A stretch of DNA of 64,000 nucleotides. Source: Octopus vulgaris. Lineage: Eukaryota. The notes beneath the pieces were generated by a model. That model made no database searches and had not been told where the DNA came from. It saw only the letters and a list, made by a program, of their open reading frames with translations. Both the position numbers and the translations under genes were made by a program. Each line of letters opens with the position of its first letter. Positions within the stretch are counted from its first letter, which is position 1. Shown piece after piece: positions 13,573-27,250 of this stretch. The stretch spans positions 38,626,001 through 38,690,000 of the forward strand of contig OX597838.1 in NCBI GenBank assembly GCA_951406725.2. Reading direction: 5' to 3'.

Positions 13573-14264
13573 TATTGTCTGAGACAAATGCGAACTGGCG
13601 GACTGACAACGCATTTTACTCTTTAACGTAAATTTCCTTTCGATTTACGAATCCAGCATAGACACAGTGCGTGTGTGTGAGTGTGTGCTTGTTAGTGTGT
13701 TTGAGAGTGTGGCTATGTGTATGGTCATTTGTGTGGTCGTGTATGTGGTTGGGTGTGTGTGTGTGTGTGGTTGTGTGCACCTGTGTGTTTGCGCTAGTAT
13801 GGTCGTGTGTCTGAGTATATGTGTGTGTTGTTGTGGGTGTGATGTGTGTGTATGCTTGTGTTTGCGTAGTCTTGTCTGTGTGCACGCACGCGTATGTGCA
13901 CGTATGTGTGTGTTTGTGCAAGTGTGCATGTGTGTGTTTGTATGTGTATATGGTTGCGTGTGTGCTTGTGTGTGTGTATGGGTGTGCGTGTGTGTGTATT
14001 CATCTGCATATAACTACGCGTACGCTTGTAATTGTGTGTATATCTGCACGTGTGTATATATATATATATATTCAATATGTCCGAAAACGAATTCACCGGC
14101 ACAAATGAAGCTGCGTACATACAGCCATGACGTAATAGCAACCATTTTTACTTACTTTTTCAACCAAATCATTTTTGGGGGGTTAAACAATAACAAGAAA
14201 AAATTAAAAAATAAAGAAACGAATAAAGAGTAAGAAGGCGGAGGATGGATTTTCTTCACCTTTT

Positions 14265-14697
14265 ATTTTTACTTGTTTCAGTCATTAGACTGCGGCCATG
14301 CTGGGGCACCACCTTGAAGGATTTTTAGTCAAACGAATCGACCCCAGTACTTTAGTTTCAAGTATGGTATTTTTGTTTATCGGAATCGTTTTGCGGAACC
14401 GCTAAATTACGAAGACGTTACCACACCAACACCGGTTGTCAAGCGGTGGAAGAGGGAAAACACACACACACACACGCACACACACACAAGCATGCACACA
14501 CAAACACGTACATACATGTGGGAAAGTGTGTGTGCGTGACGGTCTTCTTTCAGTTTCCGCCAACCGTATTCATTCACACGACCTTTGGTCGAGCACGAGA
14601 GTATAGTGGAAGGCACTTGGTCAAGGTCCCACGCAGGGGGACTAAACCTGGAACCATGTTGTTGAGAAGTTAACATCTTACCACACAGCCACGCCTA
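14265..14697 (-). mobile_element. SINE family A (diverged)
   Basis: Homology to other copies. Confidence 0.75.
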
Positions 14698-14777
14698 TAC
14701 ATACATCACCTTACAAACGCCTGCACACTCTCTCTCACACACACACACACATATATATTTATATATATGTGTGTATT

Positions 14778-14809
<32 letters not shown>

Positions 14810-15199
14810 CGAGCAAAACGCTTCCCCCGTCCAATGGACGGTGCTGAGTTGTCAAACATTTAAACCAAATTCTTTTTTTGGTCTCTTAAATATACTGCAT
14901 TTTGTGGCATTATTTCAAGCCAGCCGGCTTTTTGTGCGCAAACTACACGTGCATTTTTCTCGCGTACGCGTAGTATCGATCGCAACAACTGATGTACTTG
15001 CGCGTACAAATGCACGTTCCCACGGCTTTATCGATCACATTCTCACCTGGAATCGATTTTTGTAATTTTTTCAAGCCTTATACACGTCCTGGTACCGTCG
15101 GTATCTACATATCAAATTTGAGCGCAATCGGATGCAGGATGCCCGAGATCCTAGAAGACACACACACACAGACAGACAGATCGGATTTTATATAATAGA
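14810..15199 (-). mobile_element. Non-autonomous Helitron-like element
   Basis: 5' TCTATTATATA start, 3' hairpin CCGTCC-ATT-GGACGG and a CTCG end. Same architecture as 29-426. Confidence 0.55.
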
Positions 15200-15261
15200 T
15201 ATAATATACGCGCATGATATGTATATATGCAGGCAGACATATCTACATACATGAAAACAAG

Positions 15262-15570
15262 TTAAAACACAACCGGCCAGACGTCGTTGTGTTGCACCAC
15301 ACATAAAAGATATGTTCTGATGTGGAAATTAGCTGCTCTCTGGACACGAATGTGGTTAGAAAAATGCAAGAGAGAGGACATCTATGGACCATTGATAAGG
15401 AGTTTGCAAATCCAGTACCCAAGATACACGTTCAGCTTCATACCAATTATTGTTGGAGCAATAAGATACATACCAATCCATCTGGTGAAAAGTATGGCTG
15501 AACTAGGGATCTGGAGGAGAGAATACAAATACTTAACCCATGCGATGCAAATGATCACAATATCTGCCAC
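15262..15570 (+). pseudogene. Decayed RLE-type non-LTR retrotransposon endonuclease fragment
   Basis: KHNRPDVVVL (PD motif) ... YGPLIRSLQIQYPRYTFSFIPIIVGA, with frameshifts and stops. Confidence 0.6.
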
Positions 15571-15642
15571 TACTTTTTTTGTAGTCTCTCAATTCCAAGA
15601 AAGACGATTCCACAATCCTTTCTGGACATTCTGCACTGATTA

Positions 15643-16010
15643 CTTACTCTCTTTACTCTTTTACTTGTTTCAGTCATTTGACTGCGGCCATGCTGGAGCA
15701 CCGCCTTTAGTCGAGCAACTCGACCCCGAGACTTATTCTTTTTGTAAGCCCAGTACTTATTCTATCGGTCTCTTTTTGCTGAACCGCTAAGTGACGGGGA
15801 CGTAAACACACCAGCATCGGTTGTCAAGCAATGCTAGGGGAACAAACACAGACACACAAACACACACACATACATATATATATGCATATATACGACAGGC
15901 ATATATACGACAGGCGGAATTTGAACTCACAACGTAACGCAGACGAAATACCACTAAGCATTTCGCCCGGCGTGCTAACGTTTCTGCCCACACAGCCACT
16001 CCTGCGCCTA
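15643..16010 (-). mobile_element. SINE family A with internal SINE-B fragment
   Basis: A tail 15643-15900, B head 15915-15988, A 5' end 15989-16008. Confidence 0.7.
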
Positions 16011-16324
16011 TAGTAATTAAATGTTTGTGCTGTGCGTGAGGTCACGTCCTTCATCAAATCGACATTGCCTGCACGAGCGCCTCGTGTGCCACACGTCAGA
16101 TGTATGCTCTTAAATATAACACACACGCACACATATACACGTTCACTCAACAAAAGCAACAAGACTCACACGTACTTCGTCAAACGGACATTAACCAATT
16201 CCAATCGTTTGAAAATGTACCTTCAAGTAAGGAAACCTGAGACACGAGTACAGAGCATTGTGTTCCTGAGATGAAGGCCAGCCAACCAGAATCTCTCGCA
16301 ATAGCAAACAAGAGAAAGTTAACA

Positions 16325-16722
16325 GCAGGAGTGGCTGCGTGGTAAGTAGCTTGCTTACCAACCACATGGTTCCGGGTTTCAGTCCCACTGCGTGGCATCT
16401 TGGGCAAGTGTCTTCTGCTATAGCTCCGGGCCGACCAATGGCTTGTGAGTGGATTTGGTAGACGGAAACTGAAAGAAACCTGTAGTATATATGTATATAT
16501 ATATGTGTGTGTATGTGTTTGTGTGTCTGTGTTTGTCCCCCTAGCATTGCTTGACAACCGATGCTGGTGTGTTTACGTCCCCGTCACTTAGCGGTTCGGC
16601 AAAAGAGACCGATAGAATAAGTACTGGGCTTACAAAGAATAAGTCCCGAGGTCGATTTGCTCGACTAAAAGCGGTGCTCCAGCATGGCCGCAGTGAAATG
16701 ACTGAAACAAGTAAAAGAGAAA
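16325..16722 (+). mobile_element. SINE family A, full length
   Basis: Complete head, core and tail. Confidence 0.9.
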
Positions 16723-17207
16723 AAGGGAGTACCTGCACTTTGCCGACAGTATAGGGGTAGTTCTTGTTCTATCCTAGTCCCAAATTTAAAGTCAAGGCCA
16801 GAGATTTTGCGGTGAGAGGTTTAGTTGATACCATTGGCAGCATTTAAACTGAGAACATAGAGTCGGAACAGTTACTGCAAATCATCTCTTTTCTTCGTTT
16901 TTTGGTTTTTTTAATGCTCTAACGATTCTCTAATTCTTTAATTCCAAAGCGAAAACGGAGACGGGTTTTGCAGACATATTAAATGAAATTTTCTTTTATT
17001 GGGTGAAGAGAAAAATTATGGTATCATATCCGTCGCTGTCAAAACAAGTAAAGAGTAGAAGAACAAGCCATAAAAATGTGTGACACACATACCAATAGAA
17101 ACTTTTCATAATACTTGAGAAGAAATAATGATGAAGAAGGCCATTAATAACGACGTCATTTCTCGTCTCGTGGCCACTTCATTACATTTAAAGCTAAGAC
17201 AAATAGC

Positions 17208-17239
<32 letters not shown>

Positions 17240-17648
17240 TGACTTGATTAAGTTTAATTTAATTTAATTAGGCTGGTTTACCATTAAAAAACGCCGAAAC
17301 AATGCATTGTCTAAAGATGAACAGGGTAAATGTTTTTTTAATTTTTCCTTACATTTCGGAATTACTACTATTTGCGGTTGGAGCCCTGGCTGCTATTTCT
17401 AGTGGGTCGAACGGCCTATTGTAGCCGTTCCTCAATTGTTGTTGTATATATATATATATAAAAGTAAATAAATGGTACAACAAGGTACCGATATTTACTG
17501 GAAAATAGCAATCGTAATAAATACGACGCTATTGTTTAGCTTCACTGCGTATATACTAGTAAAGACGCAGTGTGTGCAACAAACATGAAAAAAATTTGTC
17601 TTACCTCAAGGAAGAACATCTGAAAAATGGAAAACCTAGGATCGGATA

Positions 17649-17719
17649 ATGCAGAACCGGTTTCAGACTCTTCAAATACGTTTGACAACGTAGATTTGAT
17701 TTGTCTTCATCAGCTGCAT
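17649..17719 (-). ncRNA. Type I hammerhead ribozyme
   Basis: ATGCAG-CTGATGA-AGAC..TCAAAT.TACGTT/AACGTA.TTTGA..GTCT-GAAA-CCGG-TT-CTGCAT, with a 6-bp stem I. Confidence 0.82.
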
Positions 17720-17994
17720 ATACCTAGACAATATTTCAAATGTTGCCACATCTATGACAGTACATATATATATGCTCGAAATGCGGAGTAGAAAAACAGC
17801 CGACAACTGATGAAGGGTCGTTCCTTGTGTTGCTTGCCTTGTTTTCCATTTGTTTCTTTCGCTGCTTGCAACCCCGCCTCTTATTCCATGTCCTCGTACT
17901 TCGTATTTTTTGTTGTTTATATTTTGTGACGTCCTGTGCCCACATATGCATATGTATATATATATATATGTGTATGTGTGTGTGTGTGTGTGTG

Positions 17995-18210
17995 TGTGTT
18001 TGTGTGTCTGTGTTTGTCCCCCACAACATCGCTTGACAACCTGATGCTGGTGTGTTTACGTCCCTGTAACTTAGCGGTTTGGCAGAAGCGACCGATAGAA
18101 TAAGTACGAGGCTTGCAAAGAATAAGGCTTGGGGTCGATTTACTCGACTAAAGGCGATGCTCCAGCATGGCCATAGTCGAATGACTGAAACAAGTAAAAG
18201 AGTAAAAGAG

Positions 18211-18212
<2 letters not shown>
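17995..18212 (+). mobile_element. SINE family A, 3' half
   Basis: Homology and tail. Confidence 0.8.
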
Positions 18213-18266
<54 letters not shown>

Positions 18267-18275
18267 TGCAGCACG

Positions 18276-18331
<56 letters not shown>

Positions 18332-18702
18332 TAGTAAGAGATTAGAATCATCAGAAAATGCGTTTTCTCATGATTGCACTCCTGCCTCCTTTCGAAGACT
18401 ATATGCAGGCTGTGAATGGTGTGCCACAGAATTAACATCCAGAAGATGTTTAACTCTTCAGACATCGAAGTACTGTCAAGCAAAACCGCGATATGAATAC
18501 GGAACGACGAACGCATTTTTAATATGCATTCGTCCAGTGTACCGGCATTGTTGACTTGAGGCTACGTTGTCAAAGATAGTGTTAAATGTGTAATGTGTTT
18601 AGATGTACGACTGCTGGTGATACTTACGATACGCTTAATAAATGACGGCGGGGGATTTGGAGCCTATATTTATAGAGTAGTTCCATCATCAGGTTTTTAA
18701 CA

Positions 18703-19088
18703 AGGCGGTGAGCTGGCACAGTCGTTAGCACGCCGGGTGAAATGCTTAGCGGTATTTCGTCTGCCGCTACGTTCTGAGATCAAATTCCACCGAGGTCGAC
18801 TTTGACTTTCTTCCTTTCGGGGTCGATAAATTAAGTACCAGTTACGCACTGGGGTCGATATAATCTGTCCTTGTTTGTCCCTTGTGCGTTTAGCCCCTTG
18901 TGGGTAGTAAAGAAATATGTATTTCGTCTGCCGCTACGTTCTGAGATCAAATTCCGCCGAGGTCGACTTTGCCTTTCATCCTTTCAGGGTCGATTAAATA
19001 AGTACCAGTTACGTACTGGGGCCCATATAATCGACTTAATCCGTTTGTCCTCTTTGTGTTTAGTCCCTTGTGTGTAGTAAAGAAATAG
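18703..19088 (+). mobile_element. SINE family B dimer
   Basis: Junction at ~18918. Confidence 0.85.
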
Positions 19089-20063
19089 GTTTATAACTGC
19101 TTGTTGGAATTTGGGTCCATTGTGATATCTGGATAGCTAGTTATTTTTAGATTAGTATTAAACTTAATTATAACGTTTAATTAGTTGGTTCTTCTAATAA
19201 GTTACTAATTTTGTCCATCTTGTATCTCTTTCTGTTATTCACTGTTTCCAAGCCATCATTACTATACAATACTATACAATACCCATTTAACCTCTTGTAC
19301 TTAACCTCTTGTATTTAACCTCTGACCCTGTTTAAGCTATCGAAATATAGAAACCTCAAGGTCAGCGATTTCTGCCCCGTCAAAACTAGAAGTGGATGCG
19401 ACAAAGAAATGTTTCGCCACCTCATTCTCTCTCTAGGAAGCGTCGTAAAATAACAATTTTCTGACTTTCATAATTATGTTTCATGTTCATACCAGATTTT
19501 GTTGCTGTGGCCTAACGTTTCTTGAATTCCAGGGCTTGCAGAAGAACGCGGACGGATTGACATCCTCCATGTCGAACTGTGTAAACCAATGGCAAGTCTT
19601 ATCATCTGTACAGTTCAACCACTTAATGTTGACGACGCTATGTAAACATGGACTCAGATTCCAGGCTGATCTCATTTGCATTGATAGTATCTAGTATTCT
19701 CCTGCTTACAATCTGTAATTCGTTTTTTATATATAAGAAACGGCAAACATAAAGATAAAAACCGCAACTCTTATCTCTCCATGTCTACAGAAGGAAGAAA
19801 TTCTATAGCGAAATTTTTTTGTTTACTTTTTAAAGCAAAATCAAATTTTTGGATATGGCTTTGTCAATGCTATACTTTACCGATGCATACCTGCTGTGTA
19901 TGTGCGCATGCGCACAAGTGTGCAGTGATTTTGTAATCTTAAACAGAGATTATCTACGTACATATATATATATGTGCGTATATGTACGTGTGTGTGTGTG
20001 GTTGTATTTGTGTATGTGTGTGTATGCACGTATGGATATATATGTATTTATCTACACACACAT

Positions 20064-20095
<32 letters not shown>

Positions 20096-20180
20096 GTGTG
20101 TATGTATATATACACCGGAGTAAACACATAAATGTGAAACAAGGTGGAAAAAAGACTACTCAAATATCAGTGGTAGAGTA

Positions 20181-20285
20181 ATATGCTTTATTTAAAGCAG
20201 CAGAAAATTCAACAAAACATGTTACTCTGAGTTTCCCGTAACTCAGAGTAACAGGTTTTGTTGAATTTTCTGCTCTTTAAATAAA

Positions 20286-20291
<6 letters not shown>
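20181..20291. repeat. Palindrome, ~52-bp arms, next to (TA)n
   Basis: atatgctttatttaaagcagcagaaaattcaacaaaacatgttactctgagtt and its reverse complement. Confidence 0.9.
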
Positions 20292-20326
<35 letters not shown>

Positions 20327-20635
20327 TGTATATACATATACGCACATACATATTTATATACACATATAGGTATAGAAGTAATGTGATCAATAAGTATCCG
20401 GACTGTTGCCATAGTAACGAGGCTAAAGCATGCAGAGTAAAGCCGCTTGGCATTGATTTACCTTGAACTCTGCCGTGCATGCGCACAAAGTTTTAACGTT
20501 CTAGCTCACTTCCGCTGTTTACACCAGTGCTTGGGAGGAGTAAAGAGCGTAGCGTGTGTTCGTCGCATTGACAATGACAGAGGGAGTTGAGCAGAGAATC
20601 TGCATCAACTTTTGCCAAAATCTTTTGCCAAAAGC

Positions 20636-20819
20636 GCTGGAGTGGCTGTGTGGGAGCGCAGGAGTTGCTGTGTGGTAAGTAGCTTGTTTACCAACCACAT
20701 GGTTCCGGGTTCAGTCCCACTGCGTGGCACCTTGGGCAAGTGTCTTCTACTATAGCCGCGGGCCGACCAAAGCCTTGTGAATGGATTTGGTACACGGAAA
20801 CTGAAAGAAGCCTGTCGTA

Positions 20820-20873
<54 letters not shown>

Positions 20874-21071
20874 TGTGTATGTTTGTGTGTCTGTGTTTGT
20901 CCCCCTAGCATTGCTTGACAACCGATGCTGGTTTGTTTATGTCCCCGTTACTTAACGGTTCGGCAAAAGAGACCGATAGAATAAGTACTGGGCTTACAAA
21001 AGAATAAGTCCCGGGGTCGAGTTGCTCGATTAAATGACTGAAACAAGTAAAAGAGTAAAAGAGTAAAGAGT
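20636..21071 (+). mobile_element. SINE family A inserted in mariner
   Basis: Full copy with a duplicated 5' end. Confidence 0.88.
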
Positions 21072-21084
21072 ATACCTGCTCCGA

Positions 21085-21500
21085 GGCCTACACAACGTTT
21101 TCAAAAACTTTTCAGCGTTCTTGACACAATCAAGGAGATCTTGTGTAACTGAAACCCGAGTGGCTTTTTGGTCAGCTGAAAGCACTTTTGGCACAAACTT
21201 GGCAGTCACGTGTCTCATACCCAAATCTTGAGTGATAATGGATTGAACCGAACCGTAACTATTCAACACATCCTCTAATAACTCACGGATGGTGATCTGA
21301 CGATTTCCCCTCACAGCTGCACGCACATCTGCAATGTTTTTCTCAGTCCTGCTGGTTGTATGTCTCCCAGGATGTTCGTCACTATGGACTTTTTTCGACC
21401 ATCTTGGAAACGTCTAAACCACGGGTCCACTTGTGTGCGTATCATACACTCCCCTCCATACTCTTTCTGCAAGTTTGTGTAGGCCTCTGAGCAAGTAGCG
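21085..21500 (-). pseudogene. Mariner transposase N-terminal HTH fragment
   Basis: AAVRGNRQITIRELLEDVLNSYGSVQSIITQDLGMRHVTAKFVPKVLSADQK contains the mariner WVPHEL-like motif FVPKVL. It is truncated. Confidence 0.8.
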
Positions 21501-21834
21501 CCTTGACAACTTTCTCTGTCATGATCAATGTGACGATCACACGTTACACACGTTACTTCGAAGCACAGCTGTGAACAGCAGAAGTGAGCTAGAATGTTAA
21601 TACTTAGTGCGCATGCAGAGCAAACGTCAAGGTCAATCTGTTCTAAGCGGCTTTAGTCTGCGTACTTTAGTTTCGTTACTATGGCAACAGTCCGGATGCT
21701 TATTGATCAGACTTCGCATATACTCGTGTGTGTGTGTATATATGTATGTATGTGTGTGTGTGTGTATATATATACATATATATGCAAATATATATATATG
21801 TGTGTGTGTGTGTGTATGTGTGTGCATGTATAAT

Positions 21835-22180
21835 TTTTACTTCTTTCGGTCATTAGACAGCGGACTCCCTGGAGCACCGCCTTAAAGATTCCATGTACGA
21901 GGACATAAATATACCAATACAGGTCTTGAAGCGGTGGTGGGAGACAACCACACGCACACACATGCACTCACACACACACACTCATACACACACTCACACA
22001 CACATATATATAAATATGTATGAGAGGTTTCTTTCAGTTTCTGTCTGCCAAATCTATTCACAAGGCTTTGGTCAGTCTAAAGCTATAGTAGATGACACCT
22101 GCCCAAAGTGACAAGCAGTGGGATTGAACCCAGAACTATGTCATTGGGAAGCACACTCCCTACCACACAGCCACACCTAT
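21835..22180 (-). mobile_element. SINE family A (diverged)
   Basis: Homology. Confidence 0.7.
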
Positions 22181-22198
22181 AAATGAACTCATACATGC

Positions 22199-22281
<83 letters not shown>

Positions 22282-22366
22282 TTCCGAATGTTCGATTTGT
22301 TTCCGAACAATGGGGTGGGTGTAGGGGTTACACTCTTAATTATCGAATTACTAGGTACACTTGAAT

Positions 22367-22612
22367 AGGCGTGGCTGTGTGGTAAGAAGTTCGCTTCTCA
22401 ACCATATGGTTCCGGATTCAGTCTCCCTGCGTGCCACCTTGGGCAATTTTTTTTTTTACTATAACCTCGATCCGACCAAAGCCTTGTGAGTGTATTTGGT
22501 AGACCGAAAGTGAGAAAAAGTCCATCGTATATGTATGGGGTGGGGTGAGTATGTGTCTTTTGTCCCCTATCACCGCTTGACAGCCGGTGTTCGTCTGATT
22601 ATGTCCCCGTAA
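22367..22612 (+). mobile_element. SINE family A (partial)
   Basis: Head and core homology. Confidence 0.75.
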
Positions 22613-22919
22613 ATTAGTTTGATTATGTCCCCTTCTCCATGTAAGGTTGTGCGGATTATAAAAAGTTTTCCGTCCATCTGTGTCCAGAAAGTCGAGGTTG
22701 CACTTGCATAACCCCAAAGGTTTGCAGCTCCTGCCTACTGCAATCCATCAAAGGATCCGCTTTAAGGGACCTAATATACAGTTAGTACATACTGGACGTT
22801 TCGCAAGGAACATGAAAGTTTTAGAGTCGAACTATATGCTGCAATGACGTTTGACCGTTTGCCGACTGACCCGTCAATTTATATTTTTAATCATTTTTTT
22901 CTTTCTTATTTTAGACATT

Positions 22920-23142
22920 TTAGACAGGAATTGCGGCCAGTCTGGGGCAATGCCATGAAGGTTTTGAGTGTAGACCAAATTGATCCCGGTACTTATCTTT
23001 AAAGTCTGGTACTTATTCTATCGGCGATTTTGACGAGCCGCTAAGTTACGGGGGCAAGGGTAAATAAACCAGCGCTGGTTTTCAAACGATGGGAGTGAGA
23101 CAGATAAAAAGCACACGCATACACGCCACCTCCCCCCCACCT

Positions 23143-23190
<48 letters not shown>

Positions 23191-23268
23191 CATACATACA
23201 TACATACATACATAAACACAGACATAGACACATAGACACACACACACATATATATGTGTATATATACA

Positions 23269-23304
<36 letters not shown>

Positions 23305-23482
23305 TGTGTGTGTGTGTGTGTGTCTTTCTGTCTATATTTGTTTCCATCAATCATTCACTCACAAAGCTTCAGTCTGGCCCAGGGCTAGTGTAGAAGAAAC
23401 CTACACAATGAGCCACGCAGTGGAAAGGAACTTGAAACCATGTGGTTAGGAAGCAAGCATTTTACCACAAAGCCACGCCCGT
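22920..23482 (-). mobile_element. SINE family A (diverged, expanded microsatellite)
   Basis: Homology. Confidence 0.7.
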
Positions 23483-24034
23483 GCCTCTGCGGAAACATGT
23501 TTATATGCTTGCGAAGTGCACTGTGTAATTCGTAATAAACGCAGTGAACTTTACATTATTTCTAACGTTGACGAATTGCGTTGCTGTAATGAAAAAAAGG
23601 AAGTCATTTACGATGCAAATATTTCATTTGCGAATGAACATCTGGATCAAGAAAGATATCATAAAATGGACATTACGTTGACTATCAAGGACACAGAAAG
23701 AAATATTGGAAATTTTAGGATTAAAGACGGTGTACTTAAATCCTTATTGATTAAATGATTATTAATGTGATTAATAAGCTTAATCTCTCCATTAACAATA
23801 TGACCCGAGGTATGCTAATTGGTTGATTTAACACTAACGATCCGCGCAAGCACCAAACCTCTTTTTAAAGAATAGCGTTTAAAAAATTACTGATTAGTTA
23901 TTTTGATTTGTACAGATCAAAACTAGTTCGTTCATTATTTTCTTGATAAAGGGATTTTATGTCCGAAATATTTAAATACAAAGTAAAACTATAAATCATT
24001 CTTGCTTCTGTTTACGCACCTTTATTACATTTCC

Positions 24035-24235
24035 GTGAAGGTGCGTGGCCTAGTGATTGGGATCTTGCACTCACGGTTGCTAGGTCGTGGGTTCGATTAC
24101 CGGATCTAGCGGCGTATTGTGTTCTTGAACAAAACACTTTACTTCACGTTCCTCCCTCCAGTCCACTCAACTGCTAATGGTAAACCTGCTACGGGATAGC
24201 CTTCCGATTAGGGGGAAGCTGGCCTGCTCGCCTAG
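24035..24235 (+). mobile_element. SINE family D
   Basis: Homology to 8104. Confidence 0.65.
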
Positions 24236-24285
24236 TGTGTGTGTAGAGAGAGTGAGAGAGAGAGAGAGAAGGAGAGAGATTCAGT

Positions 24286-24315
<30 letters not shown>

Positions 24316-24319
<4 letters not shown>

Positions 24320-24984
24320 AGGAAAAATTTTTTTTTTTTTTTTTTTTAAATGCAGAATGCTCAAATGAAAGAAAATTTTAATAAAATGAGAAATTGATAA
24401 AATATATAAATATATATTTATTCAACCGGTTTTCGTCATTGTATGACTTGTCAAGAATATTTATGTTTTAAGAAGTTTTTTTAAAAATTAGAAAGGGGAA
24501 AAAAAGAAAATTGCATTGTTTTTTGTAAAAGAATAATGATAAAAATGTACAAAAATTAAAAAATAAGTTCTCCGATACATTGTGAGTTCGTTGTGTATCT
24601 TGAGTTTTATGGTTGTTTACGAAAAAATTACCTTGAGGTGTTAAGATCCAAAGGGATTAAGAGCATGTGTTGTGTTGTGTTGTTAAATTCAGCATGTTTT
24701 CAGGACAGGAAGTAGTAGTAATTGTGGTCCTGGTTCTTCAGTTCCTGTGTTGTGAGTAAGGGGAGACAACTCTTTTGAGTTCTTCAATAAAACCCAAATT
24801 ATAAAACTATCATTTTAACTTCATTTGCATTATCTTTTTTATATAATTGCTTGTTAACTTAACTTTCAGATTTTAACACTTTATTTATATTATTTTCTAA
24901 TAATATAAATCTGAGCATTTGAGCATTCTGCATTCTGCATTTGAGCATTCTGCATTTAAAAAAAAAATAAAATTTTTCCTTACT
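24316..24984 (-). mobile_element. Non-autonomous PLE-like element with terminal inverted repeats and degenerate hammerhead, in (TA)n
   Basis: 24316-24368 is the reverse complement of 24939-24984. Minus strand 24419-24459 reads TATTC-TTGACAA-GTCAT.ATGAC-GAAA-ACCGG-TT-GAATA. Confidence 0.6.
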
Positions 24985-25029
24985 TATCATTTCTCCACGT
25001 GCGGTCAACACAACCCCACCATTTATTGA

Positions 25030-25085
<56 letters not shown>

Positions 25086-25661
25086 TACATATATATATAT
25101 GCATACATGTATACCTGAAAACACACATATATACATATATATGTGTATATATGTATATATGTATGTAGATATGCACACACACACACACACGCGCGCATAT
25201 AGTTGAAAAGAGGTTAAGAGTCCATACATATGAAAAAGTTTGGTTTAAAAAAATAAGTTGGAAAAGGCACATATGTATATTTTAGAGAATGTCAAATATT
25301 TTTATTACAGTGAGTGATTAAAATATAACCGGTTTCGATGTATCCAGCTTACCAAATATAAAGAATTCTTTAAGAACATATATATATATATATAAATTCA
25401 ACAATATTAAGGAATGGCCCTGATAGTCCATTCGACCCACTAGAAAGAGCAACCAAACTCAAACCGCTAAATAGTTGTAATTCTGAAATCAAAGGAGAAA
25501 TAAAAACATTTACCCTTATCATCTTTGGACTATGATAGTTTCGACACTTTGGTAAACCAATCTAATTAAATTAAATTAAATTTGTTTACATCTATTTCTC
25601 TTTCTCACTAGATCGCTGGTGGCGAATAATTTTTCTTGAATTTTTTGCTACCCTTATATTG

Positions 25662-25736
<75 letters not shown>

Positions 25737-25799
25737 CTTAAAATATTCTCTTATATGATTGTGGAGATATTCAAATAAATACTCGTAAAGATGTTATTA

Positions 25800-26049
25800 T
25801 TGGGTTGGTGCATAATTATTGCGGCTTTTTTCAAGAAATTTTATTCAACAGAGACAATAACAACATATAACAAAAACATCTTTGAATGGTAATTCCGGAG
25901 CAGATTCACCATCTACTTCAATCACTGCTTCCCATTTGCTTTGCAGACGGTCAGACCGTCATTTAAAGATGTTTTTGGTAAATATTGTTATTGTTTTTGT
26001 TGAATGAAATTTGTTGAATAAAAGCCGCAACAATTATGCACCAACCCAA
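25800..26049. mobile_element. Mariner-derived MITE (250 bp) with TA target duplication
   Basis: TIRs ttgggttggtgcataattattgcggctttt / aaaagccgcaacaattatgcaccaacccaa are flanked by TA. The internal minus-strand DRLQSKWEAVIEVDGE resembles a mariner transposase C-terminus. Confidence 0.85.
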
Positions 26050-26057
26050 TATTATTA

Positions 26058-26155
<98 letters not shown>

Positions 26156-26831
26156 ATTATTATTTTTATTTTTATTATGATTATTATTATTATTATTATT
26201 ATTGTTATCATCATCATCATCACCATCATCATCATTATCATCATCAATATTATTATTATCATTATCATCATTTTAGGTTCAGCAAGACCAGCTGAAGAGA
26301 ACTGCGGTTTTAACTAGAATTCGAAATCATGATCCAGGTATATCATTTACCTTATTCTATGGCTGGCTTTTTAACTGATAAAATATGCTAAATTCCACTC
26401 GTTTGCCCGATTTCTGTTGGTCCGTTACATATTTTCAATAAGATTGGTGGTTAAGTTGGAGGTTTTTACTTCCACTTTCTAGCAAGTTGGTCCTTCGTGT
26501 ACCCACTAATATAATTAAGAATTTATATATGTATACGAGGGGCTTCCATACGGACCCCACCGACCAAACTCAGTTTGCAGCGTATTAGTCGAATCGAGGT
26601 TGCACTGACGCAAGTTTCCATGCAACGGACGTTGAACCCGAAACCACGTAGTTGCAAAGCAACCTTCTTAACCACACAGTCGTAGTCTGAGCCGGACAAA
26701 ACAATAAAAGAATAAAAGAATGAAAGAATATGTGCTCAACAAACATAACTGTACAGCTTACAGCAAAAGTGTCTCGGACAGCTTTTCTACTTAATGTGGA
26801 TACCTACTGTAAGAGATGCTGAAGTTTTGGA

Positions 26832-26983
26832 GGAGGCTGTGTGGTAAGTAGCTTGCTTACCAACCACATGGTCCTGGGTTCAGTCCCACTGCGTGGCACC
26901 TTGGGCAAGTGTCTTCTACTATAGCCTCGATGCGACCAAAGCCTTGTGAGTGGATTTGGTAGACGGAAACTGAAAGAAACCCG

Positions 26984-27026
<43 letters not shown>

Positions 27027-27250
27027 TATGTGTGTTTGTATGTGTGTGTGTGTGTGTGTGTCTGTTTGACCCCCCAACATCGCTTGACAACCAATGTTGG
27101 TGTGTTTACGTCCCCGTAACTTAGCGGTTCGGCAAAACAGACCTATAGAAGAAGTACTTGGCTTACAAAGAATAAGTCCTGGGGTCGATTTTCTTGACTA
27201 AAGGCAGTGCTCCAGCATGGCCGCAGTCAAATGACTGCAACAAGTAAAAA
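26832..27250 (+). mobile_element. SINE family A
   Basis: Full copy. Confidence 0.88.

Larger units (their letters stand above)
20373..21718 (-). mobile_element. Decayed Tc1/mariner transposon with long imperfect TIRs, interrupted by a SINE
   Basis: TIR gatcaataagtatccggactgttgccatagtaacg (20385) matches the reverse complement at 21674-21708, and similarity extends ~150 bp. An internal transposase remnant is present. Confidence 0.8.

Noticed and set aside
16325-16400. Functional tRNA genes at SINE heads
   Set aside because: A/B boxes are present but there is no complete cloverleaf, and they are always followed by SINE body and tail.
18650-18700. Possible hammerhead (CTGATGA-TGGA...TCCA) on the minus strand, with similar weak motifs at ~25325 and ~28155
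   Set aside because: The GAAA or CUGANGA core is too degraded to support a call.
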